From an uncultured Verrucomicrobiae bacterium (lineage in GTDB: Bacteria > Verrucomicrobiota > Verrucomicrobiia > Opitutales > JABDGR01): a stretch of 64,000 nucleotides of DNA. The translations under genes were made by a program, and so were the position numbers. The notes below the pieces were generated by a model that had not been told where the DNA came from, did no database searches, and worked only from the letters and a program-made list of their open reading frames with translations. How positions within the stretch are numbered: position 1 is the stretch's first letter; each line of letters begins with the position of its first letter. This document shows, one piece after another, positions 49,904 through 60,500 of the stretch. The DNA is taken from the NCBI GenBank assembly GCA_963765205.1, contig CAVXVB010000009.1, positions 32,001 to 96,000 of the forward strand, written 5' to 3'.

Positions 49904-50947
49904 ATGGCCAAATATAAACTCGAATACATCTGGTTGGACGGCTACGAGCCCGTCCCCAACCTGCGCGGCAAAACCCAAATCAAGGAATTCGGCAGCTTCC
50001 CGAAACTTGAGGATCTGCCCATGTGGGGCTTTGACGGAAGTTCCACCCGGCAAGCGGAAGGGAAAACCTCCGACTGCATGCTCAAGCCGGTGGCCTCCTT
50101 TCCGGATTCGACCAAAAAGAACGGGGTGCTCGTCATGTGCGAAGTGATGATGCCCGACGGGAAAACACCACACCCGTCCAACACCCGCGCGACCATTCTC
50201 GACGACCCGGGCGCCTGGTTTGGCTACGAGCAGGAATATTTCCTTTATAAGGACGGCGCGCCCCTCGGCTTCCCGCCGGGCGGCGGCTACCCGCCCCCGC
50301 AGGGCGAATACTACACCGGCGTCGGCTACAAAAACGTCGGCGACATCGCCCGCGAGATTGTGGACACCCATCTCGACCTGTGTCTGGACGCCGGCATCAA
50401 CCACGAAGGCATCAACGCCGAAGTGGCCAAGGGCCAGTGGGAATTCCAGATTTTCGGCAAAGGCTCGAAAAGCGCCGCCGACCAGATGTGGATGGCCCGC
50501 TATATTCTAATGCGCCTCTGCGAAAAATACAAAGTGGACGTCAACTGGCATTGCAAGCCGCTCGGCAAGGACGTGGACTGGAATGGCTCCGGCATGCACT
50601 CCAACTTCTCGACCAAGTATATGCGTGAAGTCGGCGGCAAAGATTACTTCGAGGCCCTCATGGCGGCGTTCGACAAATACAAGAACGAGCACATCGCCGT
50701 CTATGGCCCCGACAACCATCTGCGCCTGACCGGCCTGCATGAAACGCAGTCCATTGACAAATTCAACTACGGCGTCGGCAACCGCGGCGCGTCCGTGCGC
50801 GTCCCGCACAGCTTCGTCAACAACGGCTACAAAGGCTACTTGGAAGATCGCCGCCCGAACTCGCAGGGCGACCCGTATAAAATCGCCAGCCGCATTCTGC
50901 AGACCATCGCCACCGTCCCGACCCCTCCGGCCAAGAAAGGCAAATAG
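49904..50947 (+). CDS. glnII: Glutamine synthetase type II
   Basis: 347 aa; LEYIWLDG, WGFDGSST, GINAEVAKGQWEFQI, DWNGSGMH, RLTGLHET and GYLEDRRP. Confidence 0.92.
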   Translation: MAKYKLEYIWLDGYEPVPNLRGKTQIKEFGSFPKLEDLPMWGFDGSSTRQAEGKTSDCMLKPVASFPDSTKKNGVLVMCEVMMPDGKTPHPSNTRATILDDPGAWFGYEQEYFLYKDGAPLGFPPGGGYPPPQGEYYTGVGYKNVGDIAREIVDTHLDLCLDAGINHEGINAEVAKGQWEFQIFGKGSKSAADQMWMARYILMRLCEKYKVDVNWHCKPLGKDVDWNGSGMHSNFSTKYMREVGGKDYFEALMAAFDKYKNEHIAVYGPDNHLRLTGLHETQSIDKFNYGVGNRGASVRVPHSFVNNGYKGYLEDRRPNSQGDPYKIASRILQTIATVPTPPAKKGK

Positions 50948-50975
50948 CCTTTCGGTCGCACGCCGCCGCTTCGCC

Positions 50976-51020
50976 AACCGCCCCGGGAATCTTCCAGATT
51001 CCCGGGGCGGTTTTTTATTT
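50976..51020 (+). terminator. Rho-independent terminator after glnII
   Basis: 16-bp stem AACCGCCCCGGGAATC / GATTCCCGGGGCGGTT with a 5-nt loop, followed by a T-run. Confidence 0.88.
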
Positions 51021-51217
51021 CCGCAAGGATGCCCTGTATCATCGGATTGTTACGGTGCGGAAATAATTCCGTGACAACCGTGGCTTTTGCGTGACGCCAT
51101 GTAAAATTGTGGCTACGGAGCGGGCCGTTAGTTGACACGGCGGAGCGATGGATTACCTGTGAATTGTTGGCCAGCCAGATCCACGCTTCCCTCACTTTAT
51201 CCGTCCCGCGCCCCGCC

Positions 51218-52840
51218 ATGAACATCAGTCCATCCTTACGCCATTTCCTTTCATCCGGATGCCGCCAGGCGCGCGCGTCCCGCCATCCGTTCCTGCGGCG
51301 TCTGAAAATCTTGGGCGGCGCGGCGCTGTTGGCCGCCGCTACGCCGGCCCGGGCGCAATTCATCCAAGGGGATCTGGTGGTGAGCTCGAGGACTTATGAG
51401 GACATCGGCGCCGTCGCCAATCTTACTGTCGGGCAGACGCTGCCCGGCGGTGGCACCGCTGTTGACAATGGCACTTATCCCAATGTCTTTTTCAACGACA
51501 CCCCGGACAGCAGCTTTGGCGTGACTTCGCCCATCTTTCTCCTCCAATTCAGCACCACGGGCATTGCGGGTCCTACCATTCCGATTCCCACCAGCGAGCT
51601 GGTCACCAGTTTTTCGTCCAAATCCGAACTTGCGCTCAATTTGTCGCCAAATGGGGAATACCTGACTTTTATGGACTATGTGGCGCCCGTGGGCACGCTG
51701 GACGTGTCGAACGCGAACACGCCGGGCATCATTGAGCCGGGCAACCCCGTGACCACGATGCCGACCTACCGCGCCGTGGCGCAAATGGATGCCAATGGGG
51801 ATTTGGAAATCACCACAACCAACGCCTACCCAGGTAATAATGGCCGCGCCGCGATCTTGGCGAATGGCGTTTATTACACTGTGGGCAACGGCGGTAATGG
51901 CAACGGCTCCCCGCAGGTGACGAATGCCACGGGCGTGCAAATGGTTATTCCGGGCGTGAATGCCACCGCCAACACCACGAACCCAGGCACCAACCCCGTG
52001 GGTGCGTTCAACATTAACACCGTCATCAACCCGGCGACGGGCAATCTATATGCAGCCGACAAGCCGGCGAAAGACAACAATTTTCGCGGCGAAACAATCT
52101 ACGACAACACGCTCTACGTGACCAAAGGCAGCGGCAGCAACGGTATTGACACCGTTTACCAGGTGGGCAACACCGGCAGCCTGCCCAGCACCAACCCGGC
52201 CACCGCTGCCACGACGCCCATCACGGTGTTGCCGGGTTTCAACACCGTAGATGCCAAGGCGACCATCAGCCCGACGAACCCCGCGTCCAACCCTTTCGGC
52301 CTCTTCTTCGCCAATTCCAGCACGCTCTATGTGGCCGATGAGGGCGACGGCGTGCTCGCCGACCTCTCCAACGGCAACGATCCGAACTCCGGCCTGCAAA
52401 AATGGAGCCTGGTCAACGGCACCTGGAAACTCGATTATGTGCTGCAAAACGGCCTGAATCTGGGCTCGAACTACACCATCAGCAGCGGCAATTTAAGCTA
52501 TTTCCCGACGGCGACGGACGGCCTGCGCAACATCACTGGCACCGTGCTGGGTAATGGCACCGTGGACATTTATGGCATCACTTCGACGGTCAGCGGGTCG
52601 GGCGACCAGGGCGCCGACCCGAATGAGTTGGTGGAAATTAGCGACAACCTGACGGACACCACATCTGCCGGCAATGAAACCTTTGATGTCTTGGACACGG
52701 CGACCTACGGGCAAGTGCTGCGCGGGGTGTCGTTTGCGCCCACGGCCATCCCGGTGCCCGAGCCGTCCACCTACGCGTTGTTGTTCGGCGCGGCGGGACT
52801 GCTCCTGGCTTGGCGGCGGAAGCGCCGCGCACAGGCGTAA
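51218..52840 (+). CDS. PEP-CTERM exosortase-target surface protein
   Basis: Signal peptide, Asn/Thr/Gly-rich body, and C-terminal VPEPSTYALLFGAAGLLLAWRRKRR. Confidence 0.9.
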   Translation: MNISPSLRHFLSSGCRQARASRHPFLRRLKILGGAALLAAATPARAQFIQGDLVVSSRTYEDIGAVANLTVGQTLPGGGTAVDNGTYPNVFFNDTPDSSFGVTSPIFLLQFSTTGIAGPTIPIPTSELVTSFSSKSELALNLSPNGEYLTFMDYVAPVGTLDVSNANTPGIIEPGNPVTTMPTYRAVAQMDANGDLEITTTNAYPGNNGRAAILANGVYYTVGNGGNGNGSPQVTNATGVQMVIPGVNATANTTNPGTNPVGAFNINTVINPATGNLYAADKPAKDNNFRGETIYDNTLYVTKGSGSNGIDTVYQVGNTGSLPSTNPATAATTPITVLPGFNTVDAKATISPTNPASNPFGLFFANSSTLYVADEGDGVLADLSNGNDPNSGLQKWSLVNGTWKLDYVLQNGLNLGSNYTISSGNLSYFPTATDGLRNITGTVLGNGTVDIYGITSTVSGSGDQGADPNELVEISDNLTDTTSAGNETFDVLDTATYGQVLRGVSFAPTAIPVPEPSTYALLFGAAGLLLAWRRKRRAQA

Positions 52841-53095
52841 TACTTCCGGAGCCAATTATACCACTCGCATCTCCAGGCAACCGTATCCTCCATGCGTGGG
52901 GCGGGAACCGATCTTTTTTTGGCCAGGAATGTTAAATATAAATGGCTTTTACGTGACAATGTGTCGTAGGCGTAACGTTTTGGAAAACAGGGCGCTAGAC
53001 GCTTGCAAACCACCCACTCTTGAACGAATAACGACCTTGCTGGTCGAAAATTTCGCTCCAATCAAATTTCTCCACCACTTCTCCAATCCATCTCC

Positions 53096-54031
53096 ATGAA
53101 GTCACTACGCCTCTCCTCCTTGGTTATTCTCACTGCGGCTTGCGCGGTTTTGACTGCGCCGGCCACCCGCGCGCAATCCATTTTCACGCAGTGGAATTTC
53201 AACCTCGATGGCAACGGCACCGTGGCTGCCCCCGACAACTCCCCCGCGCCGAATATTGGCAACGGCACCGCCAACAGTCTCGGGATGACGAATAGCTATA
53301 CCTACATCAAGGGCAACACCACCGGGACTGGTTCGGTGACCTCGGACGATATTCTCCCCACCGCCGGCACGGGCAACGCGAGTTTTAGCGAGTCCCTCTG
53401 GCGCATCCGCGGAGCCTCCAGCAACACTTCCACGGGCACTACGGGCGACATCAACGGCTGGAACCTTTCCGCGCCGGAATACACGCAGGGTGTGGAATTC
53501 GACGTGAGTACCTTCGACTACACCAATATTACGGTGGGTTTCGACTGGTATAGCACCACGCAGGGCGTGCGCGATCTACAGGAACAATACAACTTGAACA
53601 TCTCGAACACCTCGGGCTGGATCAACATCAACCCGCTCCAGGTTGCCACCGCGAATGACTACGAGGGCGGCGCCAGTGTGTCTTCTCCGACGAACACCAT
53701 TTCCTTTGCCAACATTACCGGCGTCAACAACGATCCCACCTTCGGCATTCGCCTCGTCTCTGCGTATGACCCGCAATATACCGGCACGGGCTCGCCGACC
53801 TACACCGCGGCGAATCTGACGAACGGTACGACCGGCTCCCCCGTCATCTACAACGACAATTCCGGCAACTGGCGCTTTGGCAATATTACTTTCTCAGGCA
53901 CCCCGGACGTGGTTTCGGTTCCTGAACCGGGCATGACGGCCCTGCTGGCGGGAGCGATGGCGCTGGGGGTCGTGTTGGAGCATCGGCGCCGCCAGGCCAA
54001 GGGCACCCCACCAGCACCGAATCAAGCGTAA
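53096..54031 (+). CDS. PEP-CTERM exosortase-target surface protein
   Basis: Signal peptide and C-terminal VPEPGMTALLAGAMALGVVLEHRRRQ. Confidence 0.87.
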   Translation: MKSLRLSSLVILTAACAVLTAPATRAQSIFTQWNFNLDGNGTVAAPDNSPAPNIGNGTANSLGMTNSYTYIKGNTTGTGSVTSDDILPTAGTGNASFSESLWRIRGASSNTSTGTTGDINGWNLSAPEYTQGVEFDVSTFDYTNITVGFDWYSTTQGVRDLQEQYNLNISNTSGWININPLQVATANDYEGGASVSSPTNTISFANITGVNNDPTFGIRLVSAYDPQYTGTGSPTYTAANLTNGTTGSPVIYNDNSGNWRFGNITFSGTPDVVSVPEPGMTALLAGAMALGVVLEHRRRQAKGTPPAPNQA

Positions 54032-54057
54032 ATAGCCCATGGTTGGATTGCGCCAAC

Positions 54058-54185
54058 TCAAACGCTCAACATTTAACGTTTAACGCTCAACGTTCAAGTT
54101 TTGGACGATAGCCAGGATTTTCAACGAGCCACCTTCCACGAGGGGTTTTCAGAATTGAGCGTTAAACGTTGATCGTTTAATGTCT
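54058..54185. repeat. AACGCTC/AACGTTT heptamer tandem array with an inverted copy between convergent genes
   Basis: AACGCTC-AACATTT-AACGTTT-AACGCTC-AACGTTC ... TTGAGCGTTAAACGTTGATCGTTT. Confidence 0.75.
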
Positions 54186-54205
54186 CTTCCCAAGCCGAAA
54201 ATGTT

Positions 54206-55282
54206 CTAATGCCCGCCGTCAAGGTCGCCGGGTTTGAGTAGCGGGGCGAAGACGGATTTGTTCGCGCCTTTCATGTAGGCTTCCTTCGGCTCGATGACGC
54301 CCTCTTTCACGCGGGCCATCAGGCTGCCGTCCATCGAGATCATCCCGTCGGCGAAGCCGCTCTCAATGATGTTGCGGATGTTGGCGATCTGGCCGAGGCG
54401 GATGGTGTTGGGCAGCGCCTCGTGCGCGAGCAGGATTTCGTGGACGGCGCAGCGGCCCTTGGGCTTGCGCTTGCACAGCAGTTGCGCGACCACGCCGGCC
54501 AAGCAGCCGGAGAGCATCACGCGCACCTGGTTCTGCTCGTCGGCGGGAAAGGTGTTGATAATGCGGTCCACCGTCTTCGGCGCATTGTTGGTGTGCAGCG
54601 TGCCGAAGACCAGCATGCCCATCGAGGCGCACCCGAGCGCGAGCTTGATCGTCTCCAACTCGCGCATTTCGCCCAGCAGCAGGATGTCCGGGTCGTGGCG
54701 CATGGCGCCTTTGAGCGCCGCGGCGAAGGACTGCGTGTGCTCGCCGACCTCGCGGTGGACGATGATGGACTTCTTGACCGGGTGGACGAACTCGATGGGG
54801 TCCTCGATGGTGATGATATGCTTGGATAGATTGGTGTTGATATAATCTATCATCGCGGCCAGGGTGGTGGACTTGCCGCTGCCGGTCGGCCCGGTGACGA
54901 CGACCAGGCCTTGTTCCAGGTGGCAGAGTTTTTTGAGCGCCTCGGGCAGTTTCAGGTCCTCGAAGGACATGATTTTCGCGGGAATCTGCCGGAAGACGGC
55001 CGCCTGGCCCCAGTGGTTGTAAAGGTAGTTGCCGCGGAACCGCGCCAGGCCCGGCACTTCGTGCGCGAGGTCGAGGTCGTGGCGTTCGAGATAGTCGTTC
55101 CAGCGGCGCTCGGGAACAATCTCCTTGAGCAGCGTCTCCATCGTCGCCGCGTCAATCGGCTGATCGGCGATGGCCTGAAGCGAGCCGGACGCGCGCGCCT
55201 TCGGCGGCAGCCCGACGGTGAGGTGCAGGTCGGAGCCGCCCTTTTCGAGCAGCGTGCGCAGCAGTTGGTCAATGGCGGGCAT
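54206..55282 (-). CDS. pilT: Type IV pilus retraction ATPase (PilT family)
   Basis: GSDLHL, VTGPTGSGKSTTLAAMI, ITIEDPIEF, DPDILLLGEMR and GTLHTN. Confidence 0.9.
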   Translation of the reverse strand: MPAIDQLLRTLLEKGGSDLHLTVGLPPKARASGSLQAIADQPIDAATMETLLKEIVPERRWNDYLERHDLDLAHEVPGLARFRGNYLYNHWGQAAVFRQIPAKIMSFEDLKLPEALKKLCHLEQGLVVVTGPTGSGKSTTLAAMIDYINTNLSKHIITIEDPIEFVHPVKKSIIVHREVGEHTQSFAAALKGAMRHDPDILLLGEMRELETIKLALGCASMGMLVFGTLHTNNAPKTVDRIINTFPADEQNQVRVMLSGCLAGVVAQLLCKRKPKGRCAVHEILLAHEALPNTIRLGQIANIRNIIESGFADGMISMDGSLMARVKEGVIEPKEAYMKGANKSVFAPLLKPGDLDGGH

Positions 55283-55289
55283 GGGGGTC

Positions 55290-55538
55290 TTATCCAGCGG
55301 AGACGGCTACTTCGCGTTCGGAGGCCGGCCACGCGGCGTAGGTCAGTGCGGCGTCGATGTCCTCCGGCTCCAAGTAGGGGAAATCGCGCAGAATCTCTTC
55401 GCGCGGCACGCCTGCGCCGATCAGGCCGACGACCATCCCCGCCGTCACCCGCAGGCCGCGGATGCGGGCCTTGCCGCCCATCACGGCCGGGTCGTGCGTG
55501 ATGCGTTTCAACAAGGCTTCTTCATGTCCGGCGGTCAT
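55290..55538 (-). CDS. DUF433-family protein (antitoxin-like), orphan
   Basis: RITHDPAVMGGKARIRGLRVT..EEILRDFPYLEPEDIDAALTYAA. Confidence 0.88.
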   Translation of the reverse strand: MTAGHEEALLKRITHDPAVMGGKARIRGLRVTAGMVVGLIGAGVPREEILRDFPYLEPEDIDAALTYAAWPASEREVAVSAG

Positions 55539-55621
55539 GGGATGATTCTAGCTTTAGGATATGGAACCGCAAGTTCTTTTCGAGCGGCGTGTGCCACATT
55601 TGGTCAAGGACGGAATACTAT

Positions 55622-55879
55622 TTATTTGGCTGGAGCGGTGTCGTTTAAATGTAGAAGCAACGTAATTTCAAAAATAACACACATGATAACCACAAGCCAT
55701 TGAAGGATGACAGCGAACCAAAACATGAACGGCTCTTTGCGCCGGTCAAATTTGCGGCGCGAGTAAAACTGAGGGATAATGCCCGATTTGATGGCCCTCA
55801 ACGTATACAACGAGAGCACCCAACCGACAAAAGGGAAAACTGCAGCCAAATATAAATTTGTGTAGTATGTATAGTTCAC
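55622..55879 (-). CDS. Small AT-rich two-TM membrane protein (hypothetical)
   Basis: GTG start overlaps the upstream pilT stop (GTGA); two hydrophobic segments flank RRKFDRRKEPFMFW. Confidence 0.55.
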   Translation of the reverse strand: MNYTYYTNLYLAAVFPFVGWVLSLYTLRAIKSGIIPQFYSRRKFDRRKEPFMFWFAVILQWLVVIMCVIFEITLLLHLNDTAPAK

Positions 55880-57291
55880 GCAATTTTTTCGCGCAAAACG
55901 CGGTTGGTGATGTTGCTGAGGGCGACTTCGGAGGTGATTTTGCGTTCCTGCCAGAGGCCGAAGACGACGTTGTCCATCAGGCACATGCCTTCGCGCGTGC
56001 CGGTTTCCATGGTGTTGCGCAGGCCGGAGGACTTGTTTTCCTTGATCATGGCCTGGATGGCGGTGTTGCTGACGAGGATTTCGCAGGCGAGCACCAGGCC
56101 GCCCTCGCGGCTGGGCAGCAGGCGCTGGCAGACGATGCCGCGCAGGCTTTCGGCCACGCTGGAGCGGATCTGCGTCTGCTGCGCGGGCGCGAACACGTCG
56201 AGCAGGCGGTTGAGCGTGGTGGTGGCGTCGCTGGTGTGCATGGTGCCGATGACGAGGTGGCCGGTCTCCGAGGCGCTGATGGCCATCTCGATGGTTTCCA
56301 AATCGCGCAGCTCACCGATGATGATGATGTCCGGGTCTTCGCGCAGGGCGCCTTTGAGCGCGCTGAAAAACGTCTTGGTGTGGGTGCCGACTTCGCGCTG
56401 CGAGACGTTGCAGCCCTTCGCAGATTGGACGACCTCAATCGGGTCCTCGACGGTGATGATGTGGTCGGTGCGGCTCTCGTTGAGGTAGGCGACAATCGAG
56501 GCGAGCGTCGTCGTCTTGCCCGAGCCGACGGGGCCGGTGATGAGGATGAGGCCGTTGTGGTAGGACAGCATCTTCATCAGCGTCGGCAGATGCTCGGTGT
56601 AGCCGAGGTCGGCGAGCGAGCGTGTTTCAGCGGGTATCATGCGGTAGGCGCCGGCCGCGCCGTTCTTGTGGAACATCAGGTTCACGCGGTAACGGTCGGA
56701 GCCGCCGAGCGAAAGGGCGTAGTCGAGGTCCTTGCGTTCGAGATAGTTTTTTTTCTGCTCTTCGGTCAGCAGCGCGGTGTTCAGGCGCAGCGTGTCTTCC
56801 GGCGTGAGCGTGTGGGGGGAAATAAAGGCGAGCGCTCGGTTTTTGCGGATGAAGGGGCGCGAGCCGGTGGAGAGGTGCAGGTCGCTGGCCCCGTGGCGGG
56901 CGGTGGCGCGGAGCAACTCGCGCAACGCGGCGGCCAGCGAGGGGTCGTCCATCATGGCCACTTGGTCGAAGGGGAATTTCGGCGCGGGGCCGGACCCGGC
57001 GGCGGGTTTGGCTGCGCCTTGGCCGGCGGGTGGGGGAGTCTCCTCCGCTTCTTCCTCCGCATCGAAGGGATTGCTCAGGGGCGGCCCTTTTTCGGCCTTG
57101 GCCATGGCGAGGTCGGCCAGCTTCTCCAGCAACTCGACGTTGTCGGTGATGCCATCATCAAGTAGTTTTTGCGCGAAGACAATCAGCTCGGCATTGTCGC
57201 CGACGGCGGCGCGGACAGCAGCCGCCTGCGGGCGGGTGAAGAGGGCCTGGTCCAGGCCGAGTTTGACGAGCCAGAGGATGGCGGGTTGCAT
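55876..57291 (-). CDS. PilT/PilU-family ATPase with an N-terminal extension
   Basis: ASDLHL, ITGPVGSGKTTT, ITVEDPIE, ALREDPDIIIIGELRD and ETGHLVIGTMHT; about 110-aa extra N-terminal region from MQPAILW. Confidence 0.88.
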   Translation of the reverse strand: MQPAILWLVKLGLDQALFTRPQAAAVRAAVGDNAELIVFAQKLLDDGITDNVELLEKLADLAMAKAEKGPPLSNPFDAEEEAEETPPPAGQGAAKPAAGSGPAPKFPFDQVAMMDDPSLAAALRELLRATARHGASDLHLSTGSRPFIRKNRALAFISPHTLTPEDTLRLNTALLTEEQKKNYLERKDLDYALSLGGSDRYRVNLMFHKNGAAGAYRMIPAETRSLADLGYTEHLPTLMKMLSYHNGLILITGPVGSGKTTTLASIVAYLNESRTDHIITVEDPIEVVQSAKGCNVSQREVGTHTKTFFSALKGALREDPDIIIIGELRDLETIEMAISASETGHLVIGTMHTSDATTTLNRLLDVFAPAQQTQIRSSVAESLRGIVCQRLLPSREGGLVLACEILVSNTAIQAMIKENKSSGLRNTMETGTREGMCLMDNVVFGLWQERKITSEVALSNITNRVLREKIA

Positions 57292-57514
57292 GGGAGCGGC
57301 GGATGAGCGCCGCCATTCTAGCAGAAAATCGCTCCCTGCCAAGCGCGAAGGCTGTTTTCGATGCTTGGCCCCGTTTTGTCCAATGCACCGCCGGACCTGG
57401 CACTGCGCGCACCACCCAACGACACCAAAACGGCACAAATATATCTTGCGGATGACGTATCGGTTTCTTAAAATACCCAAAGGACTACCTTCATTGTGAT
57501 ACCGCTCCTGTCCG

Positions 57515-60500
57515 ATGAAAATCATCGCGCTCGCCCGTGTTGTTTTTTTGGCCCTGCCCGCCTTGCTCGCTTTGCCCGCCAGCGGGCAAGTGACCGTTCC
57601 CAGCCTGGACCTCACCGCCGGACAATTAAGTGGTCCCGGCAGCGAACAGGTGCTGGGCAATTTTACCTGGGAGCCGGGTGCGAGCATTACGAATGCCCTC
57701 GTGCTGACGCTCAACGGCACGAGCACGGTGGGCGATGTGATTGTCAACGGCTACGAAAACCTCACTGCCACGGTGGACAACTTCGGCAATGCTACGTTGG
57801 TGGCGCCGCTGGGCATCGGTTATGGTCTCTATGACAATAACAGCGGCACGGCGGTGTGGGACAACCAGGCCGGCAGTTCCTTTACGGTGGTGGATGCGGC
57901 CTCCATTATTGGCAGTTCTTCTTCGCAGTTTATCAACGAAACGGGGGTGACTTTTACCAAAACGGGCGCCAATACCAGCGTGGTAAATTGGGATTTCACC
58001 AACAATGGCACGATCTCCGTCCAGCAGGGCACGCTGGAGTTTTCGGGTCTCACCTTCAACGGCACTGGCGCGGCCAACACCGCCTCCGGTGCCACGCTGC
58101 AATTCAACAGCGTGACCTTGGGCAACGGCACCGCGCTCACCGGCAACGCCAACGTCCTCTTGATGGGCGCCACCATGCTGGGCGGGGCGGCGCAGGTGTC
58201 GAACGCCACGCTGCAAGGCGAGCTAACCGGTTCGGGCAACCTCACGGTATTGGGCACTTTGACGTGGATGCCGGGGGCGAACATCACGAACACGAGCGGA
58301 CTGACGCTCAATGGCAATGTCACGTTGGGCGGCGTGAACTCCACCGGCTATGAAAACATCACCGCAGCCACCGTGGACTACGCCGGCAATGCCACCTTGT
58401 CCTCCACCCCCGGCATCGCGTATGGCCTGGAAGACAACAACAGCGGCACGGCAGTGTGGGACGATAAGGCTGGCAGTTCCTTCATCGTGGTGGATGCCGC
58501 CTCCATTATTGGCAGTTCTGCCTCACAGTTCATCAACGAAGCCGGGGCCACCTTCACCAAGACCGGCGCTAACACCAGCGCGGTGGATTGGGATTTCACC
58601 AACAATGGGACTGTTTCCGTCCAGCAGGGCACGCTGGAGTTTGATGGCCTCACTTACAATGGCTCGGGGTCGGCTTCCATCGCCGCGAACGCCACGCTAG
58701 AACTCAGCGGCTTGACGCTGTCCAGCAACCTGGCCGTGACAGGCAACGCCGCCGGGGCCACGTTGCAATTCAACAGCGTGATGCTGGACAATGGGACCGT
58801 GGTGACGGGCAACGCCACTCTCTTGCTGACGGGTGCCACCACGCTGGGCGGGACGGCGCAGGTGCCGAATGCCACGCTGCAAGGCACCCTCACCGCCCCG
58901 CCGCAAGGCAACCTCACCGGCACCGGCAGCCTCACGGTGCTGGGCACGTTGACGTGGATGCCGGGGGGCGCCATCGCGAGCATCAGCCCGCTGACGCTCA
59001 ATGGCACGGTCGCGCTGGGCGGCGTGAATACCAGCGGCTATGAAAACATCACCGCAACCACGGTGGACTACACCGGCAACGCCACGTTGTCCTCCACCCC
59101 CGGCATCGCGTATGGCCTCTATGACAACAACAGCGGCACGGCGGTGTGGGACAATAAGGCGGGCAGTTCCTTCACCGTGGTGGACGCGGCCTCCATCATC
59201 GGTAGTTCCACTTCGCAGTTCATCAACGAAGCCGGGGCGACTTTCATCAAGACGGGAGCGAACACCAGCTCTGTAGATTGGGATTTCACCAACAACGGAA
59301 CCGTTTCCGTCCAGCAGGGCACGCTGGAGTTTAACGGCCTCACCTATAACGGCACGGGGTCCGCCACCATCGCTGCGAACGCCACTCTGGAACTCAACGC
59401 CTTGACGTTGACCAGCAACCTGGCCGTGACTGGCAACGCGGCGGCGGGGGCCACGCTGCAATTCAACAGCGTGACGCTGGACAATGGGACCGTGGTGACG
59501 GGCAACACCCCGCTTTTGCTGACGGGCGCCACCACGCTGGGCGGGGCCGCGCAGGTGTCGAATGCCACGCTGCAAGGCACCCTCACCGCCCCATTACAAG
59601 GCAACGTCACCGGCACCGGCAGCCTGAAGGTGTTGGGCACGTTGACGTGGGCGCCGGGGGGTGCCATTGCGAACATCAGCCCGCTGACGCTCAATGGCAC
59701 GGTCGCGCTGGGCGGGGTGAACACCATTGATTATGAAAACATCACCGTGGCCACGGTGGACTACACCGGCAACGCCACGTTGTCCTCCACCCCCGGCATT
59801 GCGTATGGCCTGGAGGACAACAACAGCGGCACGGTGGTGTGGGACAACAAGTCCGGCAGTTCCTTCACCGTAGTGGACGCCGCCTCCATCATTGGCAGTT
59901 CCGCTTCGCAGTTCATCAACGAAGCCGGGGCGACGTTCACCAAGACGGGCGCCAACACCAGCTATGAGGAATGGGATTTCACCAATAACGGCACGGTCGA
60001 GGTGGCTGGCGGCACCCTGAATTTCCAGGGTTCCGTCACCCAAATTACGGGCACCAACCTCACTGGCGGCACCTGGCAGGTTGACGCCGGCGCGACGCTG
60101 GACTTTCCGTCCGGCACCAACCTCACCAATAATTATGGCACGATCATCCTCAATGGCGCCGGCGCTTCGATTCCAGCCCTCAATAATCTGGCGGAGAACG
60201 ACGGTTCGTTCCAAGTCCTGAACGGCGGTTCCTTCACCACGGCGGGAAATTTTACGAACAACGGCACGCTGGTGCTCGGCGGCGGCACTTTCAATCCGCC
60301 CGGTGCGGGCGCGGCCTTCCTCAATCAAACGGGGGCCAGCCTGGTGGACACGGGCAACAACACCAACGTGCTGTCCTGGAATTTCACCAACAACGGAACG
60401 ATTTCCGTCCAGGCGGGCACGTTGGAGTTGCAGGGGATTACCTTTAACGGCCACGGCTCGGCCAACACTTCATCCGGTGCCACTTTGCAATTTGACAGCG

